DNA from: Ramazzottius varieornatus
Taxonomy: Eukaryota; Animalia; Tardigrada
NCBI GenBank assembly: GCA_001949185.1
Contig: BDGG01000010.1
Location: 687,233-751,232, forward strand
Reading direction: 5' to 3'
DNA length: 64,000 nt
Below are positions 11,948-24,810 of this stretch, piece after piece. The notes under the pieces were generated by a model, which was not told the DNA's origin, did not search any database, and saw only the letters and a list, made by a program, of their open reading frames with translations. Within the stretch, counting starts at the first letter, position 1, and each line of letters starts with the position of its first letter. The position numbers were made by a program, and so were the translations under genes.

Positions 11948-14900
11948 ATGTCTGCGACGGCGAAACCTGCCGATGATTCCTGGCGTAATATCCCTGGTTT
12001 GAATCCAAATGATCAGCAGCGCGTCATGGATCTGGACAGGTACGCAGAAGGTGTTCGTCTCGGTCTAACAACTCTGTTTGCTCTTCCGAGTTCGATTTTC
12101 GGAGAAGGTTGTTTGTCACTTGTAGTCGCCATTTCGATTATCTGGATCTAACGAGCGGCAACGGACCTCACACTCTGGAGCTAATTCGAAAGGTGCGATA
12201 TCTTGGTCGACATTAGGAAACCAGCTGGCTGAGCAAGTCTCGTCCTTGATCAAAAGTTGTTTAATCGGTTGGATTTTACAGGCCATTATCCACTACAACT
12301 CGTTACTACTGCAAGAGCCGGAGAAACTGAAGCAAGGAATCGTACAGTCACTCGACCCAGCAATTTTCTGCCGTCTAGGCCATTTCTTCGTGCTCGTCTT
12401 GGAATGGGAGAAAGGTGCGCTTTATACCTTTTCCTTGTGCCACTAGAATCCCTGACATTGGTGTCATTGCAAGCAGTTTTTTGTTTTATAGCGTTACAGG
12501 CCTTCCAGACTTTCCTTGTGGCTAGCATCAAAGCACGAACAGTAAAAATCTTATTCAAACTGGGCTTCCTGTCCACTTCCGGCGGAAGACTGTTTGGATC
12601 AAGGGGTTCTTTTTGCGTTGCAGGACCCATATTTCTACTACGGACTTGGATTATCGTACTTCCACCTGGACCTTCATCTCGCGTAAGTTCATGCAAACCA
12701 TTCTTACGCTCATGAATTTGGGGTTGGAAGCCCTAGGTCAGCGAGAACAGATCGTGACGTCGTGTGATCGAATAGCTTGCGAAACGTTAATAACGTTATG
12801 CTTGTGCATTACGTCATACGTCAGTTGATGTGGTGGATGAATGGGTTGCGGGCGGACTTGCAGGACGTATTGGAGGTGTGGTACCGTGTGGCGCTAGACC
12901 AATCATCAGGTTGGTTGTGCAGCGAGGCAGGCTCAGATTGGGCGACCTGAGCAGGCCGTTGGTCAGTTAGGGCTAGTGGGCGGTGCGTAGACACGGCTTT
13001 CTCTCATCAGCTTATCGATTTCCTTATGTGATCGCAGTCGCTGTTGAGTACGCTCGCAGCTGGCCTCTTTCACCTGCCAGCCAGTATATCTATCTCATCT
13101 CATGTCTCACTATCTCATGCTCTCCTCGCTTTCCAGTTGTAGGATTTGCAGCACGTGTAGTTGTAGACGACGTCCTTTTGATCGACAATTTGCCTGGTGG
13201 GAATTTACAAACTGGATTCTGAGTGGTGTTCTGTAGAGGGAAGTTGATCGAGAACCTAATGATCGGTGGTGTCTTTTATCATCTCTGCGAGTGCCAGCTT
13301 CCCTGACCTGCCTCGCTACTTCGGTCCATACATTAACGAGCTAAGTTTGATCGGATATTACGCCATTCATCAAAAGATAGCAAGTATGTAAGGTTTGGCT
13401 TCGATAGAGCATTAATCAGATTACGTAGACGAAGTTGTTTTATTACCGCGCGAGTTGAACCGGAGATGTGTCTTATCGGCGTCCGCAAGGAAGTTTCGAG
13501 GTGTTTTCTGTTGTCAGTTTGTTCGAAGTTTTGAGAAACGTTGGCGGATTGGAACAAGGGCTAGACTGTGATAAGGTGTGGCTTACGTGAGGTGTTTTTC
13601 TGTCGGCTTGAGACCGACCAGCGTTGCTCTACAATCGAGGTGGCTGAAGGTCTTACGAGGCAACTTAAACTTCTCAGCTGAGCATTGATTTCTTTCCCTA
13701 GATGGTTGCACTTTAGAGACCGGCAGACTGGTTTGGCCCAGTTTTATAAGAGCACGTTGTTCGTTCCTCATCATGAGCTCCTCCGCGGCTCCGTGATGTT
13801 GCTGCGTGGTTGGCTCTCTCTTTCTCTTCCTCTCTCATCGCCATGTGCTCTTGTCGATGGATCCCCTCGCGATCGGACGAATCGACGACAACACATGCTG
13901 GAGCCCTGCCATCAAGCCATGTTTCTTCTCTGCAAGCTTGACACCCGATACTTTGCAACACTGAAGAAAATGGCCACGAGGTCGATAGAACTTCAGGCTT
14001 GGAAGCTGTGAAAACAGTGGAGGGAGGATATAGCTTTCGGAGCCATCCCAACTTGAAGTACTGATTTTGATTCGGTAACTCACATGTAAATGTTATTCTT
14101 TTGTTTGCCAGCTGTTCCAGCTTTCATTGAGGGTTCCCCCGAGAGTCTTAGACCCATTACACTTGTTTTCGCATGTGCGCGCCGCTGATGTGGAACATGA
14201 TGAGCAGTTGAAGAGCTACCGACGATGCATGGTTGATCTTCAGAGCGGTGAGATCACAGCAAAAACGCTTGGCCTTTACGGCAGTTTCACAATGTCAGCC
14301 ACATTGCGAAGCTACACTGTAGTACGTATGAATCGTCCAAGGCATGGCTCTCTTTATTGACTTTAGCTTGCACACGTGTTACGGAGTGTTTTATGCGAAG
14401 GCCGGTAAATGAACTTGCTGACTTTACTACCGCGTACTCGAGTTCTCGTTCTCGTTCTGAAAGCTCAGAGTGGCGATCTCAAGAAGCTCGATCGACGAGT
14501 TTTGCCTTCCGGCTTCGCTGAGTGTACACAGTTTGTGGTTGCTCGAACAGACAGATAAGGCGGAAGTCTTTGCAGAAGCAAATGTCCAGGGGAAGGTCTC
14601 GTTAACATAACACGAACGTGTTCGAATTTTGACGAGCCAGATACCACTTATCGTCCGTAAATGTAATGTCTGGACATTTTTATCGCCTTCGTATCAAATG
14701 TGAAAATTTCGATAAAATCCAGTAGATATTTTGTGACGGTTCTTGTATCTCGTTGTAATATTGTTACGTTTCAGTGAGGGAGAACGGGCGTTATATCTTT
14801 GAGGATATGACGTTGGCTCCTTAGATCACATGTCTGTATGTGGTCGTTTTGTCGTATTTAGCGGTGGAAGTTCGTGTCAGTGTAGAATGATTGAGTGTTG

Positions 14901-17900
14901 CTGATGAATGAAGCATAATTCTAATCGTCTGGATGTGTATCGTTCAAATGGCTCTGATTGGTATTCACATGAGAAATTTGAGGCAACTCCACATCTGCAA
15001 ATCTAATTTGTGCTAATATCCGCATTATTAAGCAGTGAGTACGTGACGTCATCCAACTCGCACACGGGGTGACTGTGCCAAAGCCGAACAGCGTTGGCCG
15101 CAGTGACGTCTTGCGTTTGTTCGGTGTGTAAATGCGCAAGTTGCGCTGACAAGGAAAGACGCGGTGGAATATTCCGGCTTTCGGTGTTCTTCTTTGACTT
15201 TCCTGAAGACTCAGGTATGTGGTCGACTAGTTGAAGGGTTGAGCTGTGAGAAGTAAAGGCGAGACAGACAGTTAGGTAAAATTGTGATGGACACAAAGAC
15301 GAACGGCATGTTTGGACAATGTGCACCGAAACGATCGAGTGTCTCTTCTGGCTCTGTTCAGCGCTCTGTTATGGCCTTGTTATCAATTTATCATCACCGC
15401 TTCCTTCCGTCCTGTAACTCTTGTTCTCTGTTCCCTCTTTCAGTGTACGATGTAGCAACATTCTTCCCTTCCGTGGTGTTTGATCTATGGCTTCCACTCT
15501 TGACGTGCTGGTCAGCCATGTAAATTTTGGCGGTGGTCAAATCTGTTCTCCTCCCGTCTCTTCTTGTTCTGGCTGGAAGTAATACGAGAGCAGATGCGAA
15601 GAGGGCGAAGGCGGGGAAGGGTTGGCTAGGCAGGAAAGAACCGTAAAACTTTGAATCTATGACTATTGTTTAGAGAGGGGGAACAACCGACACGAAGGCG
15701 TCCACTTCAGCCTTTTGTCAAATTGTCGATGGCGAATTTTGGTGTGAAGGTTCAGGCAATTCTTTCCTTGGCCATCAAGCCTGCAGCTGGGAAATTAGAT
15801 TCATGAGTGTGGAAATTTTATGGAATAACGTGGCAGAACAGTGTCCAGTCTCATGTAATGCGTTGTTTGCCGAATTCGGCTTGATCAGATTTAAATTACA
15901 TCCACATGCACACTTTTGCTGGCGATTTCTTGTGGAGATTCGTGGGTGTTGTGCTTTCGGCTTTTTGTTAGTGTTTGTTCTTGGTAGGTGCGGAATGTGG
16001 AATTGTGACGGAGGGGTTTGATCACCGTTTGATGTTTATTTTGTGTTACAGTGCATCAACTGCCTTCCAACATGCCCTGTATTTGGATCCCGCCTTCACG
16101 CGGGCGCAGGAGGTGCTCTTCAAGCTGGGATTAATTTTCAAGCACCTGCAGATCTATGATGTAGCTTACAAATACTATCGACGCACCATGAACGACCCCA
16201 CAACCTTCACCGAGACCAAGGAAATGAGTGAGTAATCTCTTCCCTGATAAACGTATTTCTAAAAACTTGGCAAACAAACTTGACAGTATTCGACAATATT
16301 CGTTTTCCAGATGGTGCACACTTCCACTCAGTAGCAATGGAAGCGTGCGCTACTGAAAATAAACTGGACAGGCTTGTTCTTCCAAGTGGCGAGCCCTTAC
16401 AGCCGTTAGCACTGAGAACATGCGCTACTGTAGAAAAGAATCCTATTAAGTTTGCTGTGCGTTTTTTTCCCGCTGTACTGTCGGAAAAACTCATTTCATG
16501 GTTATCCATGATTTCTCAAATGAAATTACAGTGTTATCGTTGACTTTTATCTCTGGTTGAATGTCCTCGTAAATCTTCTCAATGACACACCTTTCTTCTT
16601 GTTGCAGTCAATTTTCATATCGGCCATGTTTACGAACTCCAAGGTCGATATGAGATGGCCAAGGCGTATTACGAGAAGGTTATCCAGTCGCCGACCTGCG
16701 ATAACCAGCTGCGAGCCGAAGTTCTTCGCCAGCTAGGATGGATGTTCCACACAGTGGAGGAGTTTGGACATCGCAACCAACGCGACGAGTCGGCCATCAA
16801 GTGCCTGTCCAAGTCCATCGAGTACGACCCCAACAATGGCCAGACGTGGTACTTCATGGGTCGCTGTTACGCCGCAATGTCCCGCGTTCACGACGCCTTC
16901 TCCGCTTATCGCTCCTCCATTGATAAGTCGGAGGCCAATGCTGATACCTGGTGCTCCATCGGGTACGTAAACACCTCCATAACAGAGCTGCTGAACCCGC
17001 TTCAAAATTCAGTATATGGGAGCTCGGTAAACAAAATCGATCAGATCGGTTTCCTATAAGTGGCAGTGGCGCACATTGTTGGTGGTTTTGGCTGGCATAG
17101 TGCGCCACTTGCGTGAAACAATCCGTTCGACTTTGAATGCCGAGTTTCCATATCGTTTTTCACGCAACTACATCGCACAGTGACATGGGAGTATTAATAG
17201 GGTGGTATTTGGCTTGAGTTCTGACCGGATAACAGCATTCGAAAGTTTTATCTGGATTTTGTTTGAAGTGAAGGTGTGGAGTTGTTGACTGTTGATTTTT
17301 CTTTTAGGACGCTCTATCAGCAACAGAACCAGCCGATGGACGCGCTTCAAGCTTATGTCTGTGCCGTCCAGCTGGACAAGTCCCACAGTCCGGCGTGGTT
17401 CGACCTGGGTATGCTGTACGAAAGTCTCCAGCAGTTCTCTGATGCTTTGCACTGTTACCAGAACGGTATCAAGTACGGCAAGACGGAGGCGACGCCGGCC
17501 ATCTCGCACAGAATCGAAATTCTGGAAAACGCTCTGAAGACCTCGCCAGCTATTTTCGACGCATTGTAAGTACGCGTACTCAATTAACCCGCTGAGAAAC
17601 AGCTTCACAAATGGAAAATTTGATTTCAATTCAATGCCGCTTTGTCGTAGACCGAAGCAGCTGCCATCTCTTGAGGAAGCCCTGGCTCTTCCGATTGCGG
17701 CCGAATTGACTGCGGGACACCGCCCACCACAGACGGTCAAGAAAACCACACTCCTACCGGAAACGTCGGTTCTTCCTGTTCTCAACGCGCAGCAAATCAC
17801 TCTGCTGAATATTCTTACGCAGACCGAGGTCCGTTAGACAATCAGTTTTCCCTTCCGAAATGTAAAAGTTGCTTTGTGCACTATTTTGAGTCACACAGAG

Positions 17901-20900
17901 CCACAAGAACTCTTTTCGAATGTCGCCATTGGCATCGAAAGACTGACCGTTCATAGTAACAAACAGATGTTAAATGCGAGTTGTTCTTTCGTCCTTCAAC
18001 CGATCTTCGACCGAGCTTTTCCATTTCAGCATGAACTTGCTCCTCCTCAGAAGCAGCTTCTCGAGCAGCTCCGTCAACAAGCGCAACAAGTTCAACAAGT
18101 TCAGCAAGCTACCCTCACTAGCCCGAAGACACCCTACGGAGCTTCGATGGCTGCAGTACAGAGCCTCCGAGACCAGCCCTTCCCACTCATGAGCTTCTCG
18201 CCGACCGTCGACATTGGTCTGTCGAAGCACCTGGAAAAGATTGACGAACTCGTCAAGAGGACCGCCGCGGACATCCTGGCGGAATGCGCGTCACTGGACT
18301 ACGGCAAACTGAGCGGCCAACACCTCAGGTAAATTTTCATAACTGTACGGAACATGGTAGAAATTCACGCTCCAAGAGGGACGATTTACAGCTTTCGACC
18401 AGTTCAATGTAAATGAAAGTAGCGATGAAATTCAAGTTGATGTTGATGCGAGTGGGTTTCCCGGTAGGTTGAACTTGTTGAGTGACAACGTGTCGCCTCC
18501 TGTACCTCCAAAGCCACCTCAGCCGCCGCTGCCCAAGAGTGCCTTGGACCCGAAGACGCCTTGTGTCTACGTGGAGAACAAGAAGGAAGCCATGTCGCTC
18601 GACCTGGAGAACAATCTGCTGCGGCAACCGTGTATGATTGTCAAGAACCTGAGCAACGTTCTGAAGCTCGATCTCAGCCTCTTCTCGACCAAGACGCTGG
18701 TCGAAACCGCACCTGACCACACCATCGAAATCCGCACCCAGAAGAAACAAAGTCCCGACGTAAGTCCAGATGTGACATATTTATAGAGAAGAAGGATTCT
18801 TTCGTCATGCAAATGCTCCGTTGTGACAGGATAATTTTGATGCTTTGGGTGCGGAGCGCATATGGAAGTGTGAAAGCGTCCGGACTTTCTCCACGGTCTC
18901 CAAGTATGGCATCTGTCAAGCGACAGACTTCCAGAAAGCCTTGCAGGAAGAGAACGAAGGGAAAGCACCACCATCGGACACGGACTCAACAAATTCCGGC
19001 TCCAAGAAGGACAAAGGTGAAAAAACGCACACTGGCGAAGAAAATTAGATGGACTCTGAATTGAGAGTTCGCCAGTCAGACTCGACCAGACCGCTCGCCC
19101 AAGTGGCGCACGCTTCCAGTCAATATCATGGAAGATGTGCGCCACTAGGGAAAACAATTCGGTCGAGTTTGTTTGCCGAGCTCTCGACTATTCGCAAAGA
19201 AGTGATGATTTTATCGAATGGAAGCAGTAGGATTTGGACATACAGGAAGATGCAGAAACAAAGGTTTTCATTGGTCGTTTGTTTTTGTCGTTGCAGGCAA
19301 AAAGAGCGGAAACATGATCAGGTTCGGTACGAACGTGGACCTGTCCGATCCCAGCATCTGGAGAGCCCAGTTGGCCGAGCTGGACAAGCTGCCTTCTTTG
19401 GTTAAGGTAAAGGCGGCTAAGAACATGCTGAGCCATCTGGAGCACACCATCCTGGGCATGAACAGTGTCCAGCTGTACATGAAGATCCCGGGGTGTCGGA
19501 CGCCTGGACACCAGGAGAACCTCAACTTCTGCTCGGTCAACATCAACATCGGTCCGGGCGACTGCGAATGGTTCTGTGTCTCCCATGAGTACTGGGGTGT
19601 CATCAACCAACTATGCGAAAAGTAAGTGCAGTAGCGAACAATTTGCGGAAAACATTTTTGTCAGGAAAATAGAACGAAACTGAGGGAGGAACGAAAGCAG
19701 GAAATGCGGGGACGTTTCCTCTCGGCTGTTGGGTGCGCGTCATGTCGTTGGTATACTTCGGGGCTTGTAGCGTTTGTCTTAGTGGAGCCTTCACACCGTG
19801 ACCGCGTCAACTAATTACGATGACTTGCAAACTATACAATAACAAGATCATGTGAGGTGTCGCGGTCAGAAACTGAGAATAAGGATCTCGCGGCGCTTCC
19901 TTGGATGCGCTTGCGTAGTTGTCTGCTTTGATTGGGTCTGCCACTGATTTCGAGGGTTACTTGATTCTTTTAGGGGGAAAAGTCTTGCGTTTCGTAAATT
20001 AGCTTTCGAATTACCTATCCAGGTAAACTGTCTGAGTAGTTCCTCGGCAGGCTTCATAAAGTGTGTCGGGAAAACTGCTTGGTCATTATAATTGCTCCCG
20101 GAAGCATATGACTGGTTATTAGAAAGGAAGTCATTCATCGCCGTTGGTGCCTGGAAGCCTGTTGCCGTTGGCTTGGCTGCCTGTCGAGTTTCAAATCATC
20201 GCTGGCACTTTATACCAGGCATTCGTACGCATCGACTGTGTACGTAGACTGTGTTTCATCTGCTTGTAAAGCCCGATTCGATCTGCTCGATGTTAAGGCT
20301 CTTTGTTCGGTGTCAGGCTTTCAGTCGTTCCGTCTTTGTTACTCCTGCAGCTGCAGCCACCTTCCTGCAACCTTCAGCTTCTCGCCTTGCCCTTTTATCC
20401 TTCGAGCTTCGCTCCTTCAGCTACACGATGAATACGATGAACAATACGGTCCATCACATCAAGCAAGGTATCGCCAACATGCTGGGCTCGGACGACAGTG
20501 GCAAGAAGCCCACCATCTTGGTGCTGGGCAGCACCGGCCAGGTTGGAGGACAGGTGATTCACGAGCTGGAAAAGCATTCCAGCGTCAGTGTCCGCTACAC
20601 TTCTCGCAAGCAAGACCAGGTAGCTGCATGGAAGGCCGAAGGAAAGGACGCCGTCTACATGGACATGGACCAGCCTTCCTCCTTTGGACAAGCCTTTAAC
20701 GGCGTCAATCGACTCTTCCTCGTGACGGGCTACAGCGTGGCCATGTTGACGCAGGGTAAGACGCTGATCGACGCAGCCATCAAAGCAGGAGTCCAGCATG
20801 TCGTCAAGATCACCGTCTACTACCAGTGGGACAACATCGATCCTCATCTGTCGTGGCATCAGCTGTTGGATACCTATCTGCAAGCTTCAGGTATACCCAA

Positions 20901-22791
20901 GGATAAATTTCTGTACTGCTTTAGTACCAGTTTAGGTACTCTTGTGGACACTTGTACTTAGTAGTTACAGTAGTTTTTGTTTTGACTAGGGATGGCTTGG
21001 ACTTTGGTGCATCCCAACTGCTTCATGGAGAACGTCAGCAGTCTTCGGGGTGGTAATTATGATTACTACTGGGGTAATCAACGGGTAGGCTGGGTGGCTG
21101 TGAAGGACATTGCCGCAGTGTCGGCGACGTGCTTGAAGGAAGGTCCACGACGCCATGGTGGCAAGGAGTACTGGCTGAGCAGCGAAGTCCTCGATGGTCC
21201 GCAGATGGCTCAGATCCTGTCGGAGGAACTGGGACAACGCATCAATGTGTCCATCAAGACCGACGAGGACTTCAAGAAGGCATTAGACGCTTACAAGTTC
21301 ATGGAACAGTGGTATGGAGACGGCTTGAGGGTCTTCTTCCGTGAAGTGAGGAACGGCGGGATGGGCTACATTGGGACGGTACGAGATGATGTGCCCTTCG
21401 TGACGGGACAGCGAGCCACCACCTTCCGCGAATACGTCCAGGCCAACAAGGCGAAACTGCTGGGTAGCATCAATGGATAAAGAACCGGTTATTGATTTGC
21501 TTTGTTTTCATACATGGTCGACCTCCGGTGGCAGTGTAATTAATCTCATCTTGGTCAATTTCCCCTGCGAGCTGTAACTCGAACGTACTTCATGGATTTC
21601 AAAAGCTTACGACACGTAATGAGGATGAGTAGAGCCCTTTCTGCCAATTCTTGCACACTTTCTTCCTTCCAGACTAATGCGAAGATCATCTTTCTACCGT
21701 ATTTGAATTGCAGATATAAATAATACATAAAAATTAACCACGATCTGCCTCACGAGCTGCAAGTGGGATAGACAATATCGTGAATGATCTGGTATGCCAG
21801 GAAAAAGGAAGGAGGCTTCGTTCAAAAGACTCATCATTTTGTACGACAGTACAGTCGTCGCCGTACCCATCAAGAAAATGTGGAATTCTGTGTCGGCGCC
21901 GTTTTTCTGCCGTTGGTTTCATACTTATCCCATACTAATGGCTTTGTGTTTTTCCAGGAACGATGTGCATTTCCTTCACGGTTCGTGGTGGCCCAACCTG
22001 ACGGACCTACGGAACGCCAACGTGCCTGTCTACCGCTTCACCCAACGTCCCGGCGATCTGGTGTGGGTCAACGCGGGAACCGTCCATTGGGTACAAGCCA
22101 TCGGCTGGTGCAACAACATTGCCTGGAACGTCGGACCATTCACTCCTGAACAGTATTACCTGGGTGCTGAGCGCTACGAGTGGAACAAACTCCAAAGCTA
22201 CAAGTCCATCGTCCCTATGGTCCACCTGACATGGTCCATCGCTGTCAATGTCATCTTTCAGAAGAAGGACGAGAAGCTGTGGAAGCTGATCCGGCTGACA
22301 CTTCGTCGGTCCATGAAGTACTGTCACGTGTTGTTGGAGCACCTCAAAGCTCAGGGAAAGACAATAAAGTACCAGGCAAGGGAGAAAAACGAGAATGCGC
22401 ACTATTGTGAAGACTGTGAGGTAAGGCAATAGAAATTCGATTGGGAGCGCGGTAATCAAACCAACTTAGACGAAAATGCTTTCCCGTTTGGCGCACCTTT
22501 TCGGTGTGATTGGCCGAAGCCGTGCGCCGCTTGGAAGAACGATCTGTCAAGTTTGCTTGTCTTAAATCGAAATGCTTTGTGTGCACTTGAATTTGTGTTT
22601 CGTCTCAGGCGGAAGTCTTCAACGTTCTCTTCATCAAGCAGAAGGAAGACAATTCTTCGGAGTACATCGTACGTTGTTACGACTGTGCAAGGAAGATTGA
22701 CAAGGACCTGAAGAATATCCTGGTGTTGCATCAGTACAAGCCGAAGGAACTAATGGACATGTACGATCGTTGTCAGTTGGCGGACTCTTAA
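11948..22791 (+). CDS. Utx: H3K27 demethylase Utx/KDM6 (TPR repeats, JmjC, C-terminal zinc-binding domain), multi-exon
   Basis: TPR exons ([54 protein letters not shown]). Jmj[29 protein letters not shown] and [39 protein letters not shown]. Zn domain [17 protein letters not shown]. Large introns at approx. 12683-16051 and 19622-21957. Confidence 0.96.
19078..19177. repeat. Representative copy of a dispersed approx. 100-bp palindromic element (core AGTGGCGCAC-N~26-GTGCGCCACT), at least 13 copies in the window
   Basis: Cores at approx. 1908, 2736, 3647, 10287, 16311, 16384, 17064, 19102, 22488, 29360, 39750, 40239, 49435, 55248. Outer arms resemble CTCGACAAGATCGTTTTCC / GGAAAACGATCTTGTCGAG. 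Confidence 0.85.
20290..21480 (+). CDS. NmrA-like / atypical SDR NAD(P)-binding protein nested in a Utx intron; 2 exons (intron 20891-20989); start at 20290 or 20428
   Basis: Rossmann motif [52 protein letters not shown]|[42 protein letters not shown] 99-bp GT-AG phase-1 intron joins ORFs 20251..20961 and 20992..21480. Confidence 0.9.
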
Positions 22792-23960
22792 TTTTATTGA
22801 ATTAAAAATGGACCAGTCTTCCGGGATTATGACTAAATGTTCTTCTGTTATCGTCTATAACCTATCGATCTTTAGTTGGATTTACTTTTGTTAGATCTTT
22901 GATCTCCTCAGTTATTTGATTCGACGCTGCATTTACGAACATTGTTTCTTCCGTTGATTTTTTATGGTTATCATGGCTAACTGACTGTAGCTTTCGATTA
23001 CTTATGGTTTTTAGCACAGCGTTCTGGTAGTCTCTTCTAGTTTGAACGGTTTTATGTCTTTGGATTGCTGCTTTTGTACGAAGAAGTCTCTTCCCGAGTT
23101 ATAACTGAAAGATGTCACGTCGAATTCGCAAAAGCTTTGGAAAAGCTATCTGCTTGCTCGTTATAGATATCGAATGGTCGAATCGATTGACACATTTTGA
23201 GGATGTACAGCATTTCTGAAGTGCCTGGTGGATCCCTATGTAGAGGGCCAGCGAGTCCTAGAGGAAGTCTACGCTTCAGGAATACTGTTGGCAAGGAACG
23301 CAAAAAGAACGTCAACAGCGGGGTTTGAACTGTGGAGGCCATGTCGCGAGCCATGGCTGCACACCGCTGAATAAATTGTAATTGAGAAGGCGATGTTTTA
23401 AATAGTACAAATTGAAACGAAACGGGGGCATTCATTCATAGTGGTGGTTAACATCATGTGTCAGACTACAGGTCGAGTGTAGATCAATCAAGTCGCTTGA
23501 CGACCCGATGCCCTTCGTTACGAAACTGACCTTGGCAGACGTAGGCCGTACGGAGAGAAAGAGCGCAGCTGCGCCAGTCTCGTCATCGACTTGTCAACAT
23601 GTTCCTCGGCTCTTGTGAAAATACGCGTAATATCCGTTCCTTTATCCCTTGTTCCGCGGCAGCTTGAAACAACCCCAACACAAACATGGATCCTTCGCCT
23701 TGATTCGTAACCGCAATAAGATCTCTCTTTGTGTGTTTCGTCTATTTTCAGGCAATCGCGTTGCTTTACTTTCTCCCCGCCACTGCGCATACTGAACTGC
23801 AAACTGGCGATTTAGGTCAGATGCATAAACAGTGGTGCACTGTAATCCGCTAACTTGATTAGCTTTGTCGTTCGTTGTACGCGATCGCAAATACCCATCC
23901 GAATATTTCGCAAGCTTAGTTCGTTCTTTTGCAGATGAGTGGTGAGGAGAACGACTGAGG

Positions 23961-24810
23961 ATGGCCGCTCTGGAGATGCTCTTCGAAGAGGCGAAACGGC
24001 TGGAATCGGAACGAAAGTTCAAGGAAGCTGAAAGACGCTACACGGAATACATCCGATACTGCGCTGCAGAGATGGACAGAGGACGCAAGAATTCGAATGA
24101 TCTGTAAGTTCGCCCGTATACCTGTTTCCCTTTTCGTGAAATTGTCCGGAAATATTTCTTTCCATATTTCAGCTCCGAAAGACTGGCTTTGGCGTACAAC
24201 AACAGGGGCTTGGTTCGCTACCTTCTCGTGGACTTTGACGCTGCGATTCAGGACTTCACTTCAGCCTTGCAATTGGACGATCAGCTCGCGGTGGCATATT
24301 ACAATCGAGGACTCGTCCACTACAGGCTCGGTAAGAATTTGAGAAATTTTCGAAAAATTCTAGTCTGGAAAACCTATCTTCTTAACCATCTTCTTGCGAA
24401 ATAAGAGGTGCATATATTAGTTCTTGCCTTTTCGAGACACCACAAGCTGTGGAGAATTCTGGAGTACTTCTGTGAGAAGCTCGAAAGACGTTTTGATGTC
24501 GGATGTCCGTTCTTGGCTTCTAGCAAACAGGGTGCGCGTGTCAAACGGGGTTGATTGTTTGCGCTAGATTTGCATCTCGATTGAACTTTATCTGTTTGAA
24601 TGTACAGTGCACTAACCGGTTATGTTTAGTGAGCAGCACACCGATACTTTGTCTCTGTACTTGACAGGTCAACTAGAACAAGCTCTACAAGATCTCGGCG
24701 AGAGTCACCGGCTGGATCCCGACTTTCAGTCGACGAACGACGCGCTCCACGATGCACTGCATCAGCGCACCACTTGGGTCTCGGCGTCCTCTTCGCCCAC
24801 CTCTCCCTGA
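23961..24810 (+). CDS. TTC32: Tetratricopeptide repeat protein 32-like, 3 exons
   Basis: EAERRYTEYIRYCAA..LALAYNNRGLVRYLLVDFDAAIQDFTSA..YYNRGLVHYRLG..ALQDL..LDPDFQ parallels TTC32. Exons approx. 23961-24103, 24173-24330, 24668-24810. Confidence 0.8.

Noticed and set aside
22390-22700. Idea that the nested NmrA protein binds the Utx GATA-like zinc domain, by analogy with fungal NmrA-AreA
   Set aside because: Analogy only. The nested protein belongs to a different, bacterial-type subgroup and nothing in the sequence supports binding.
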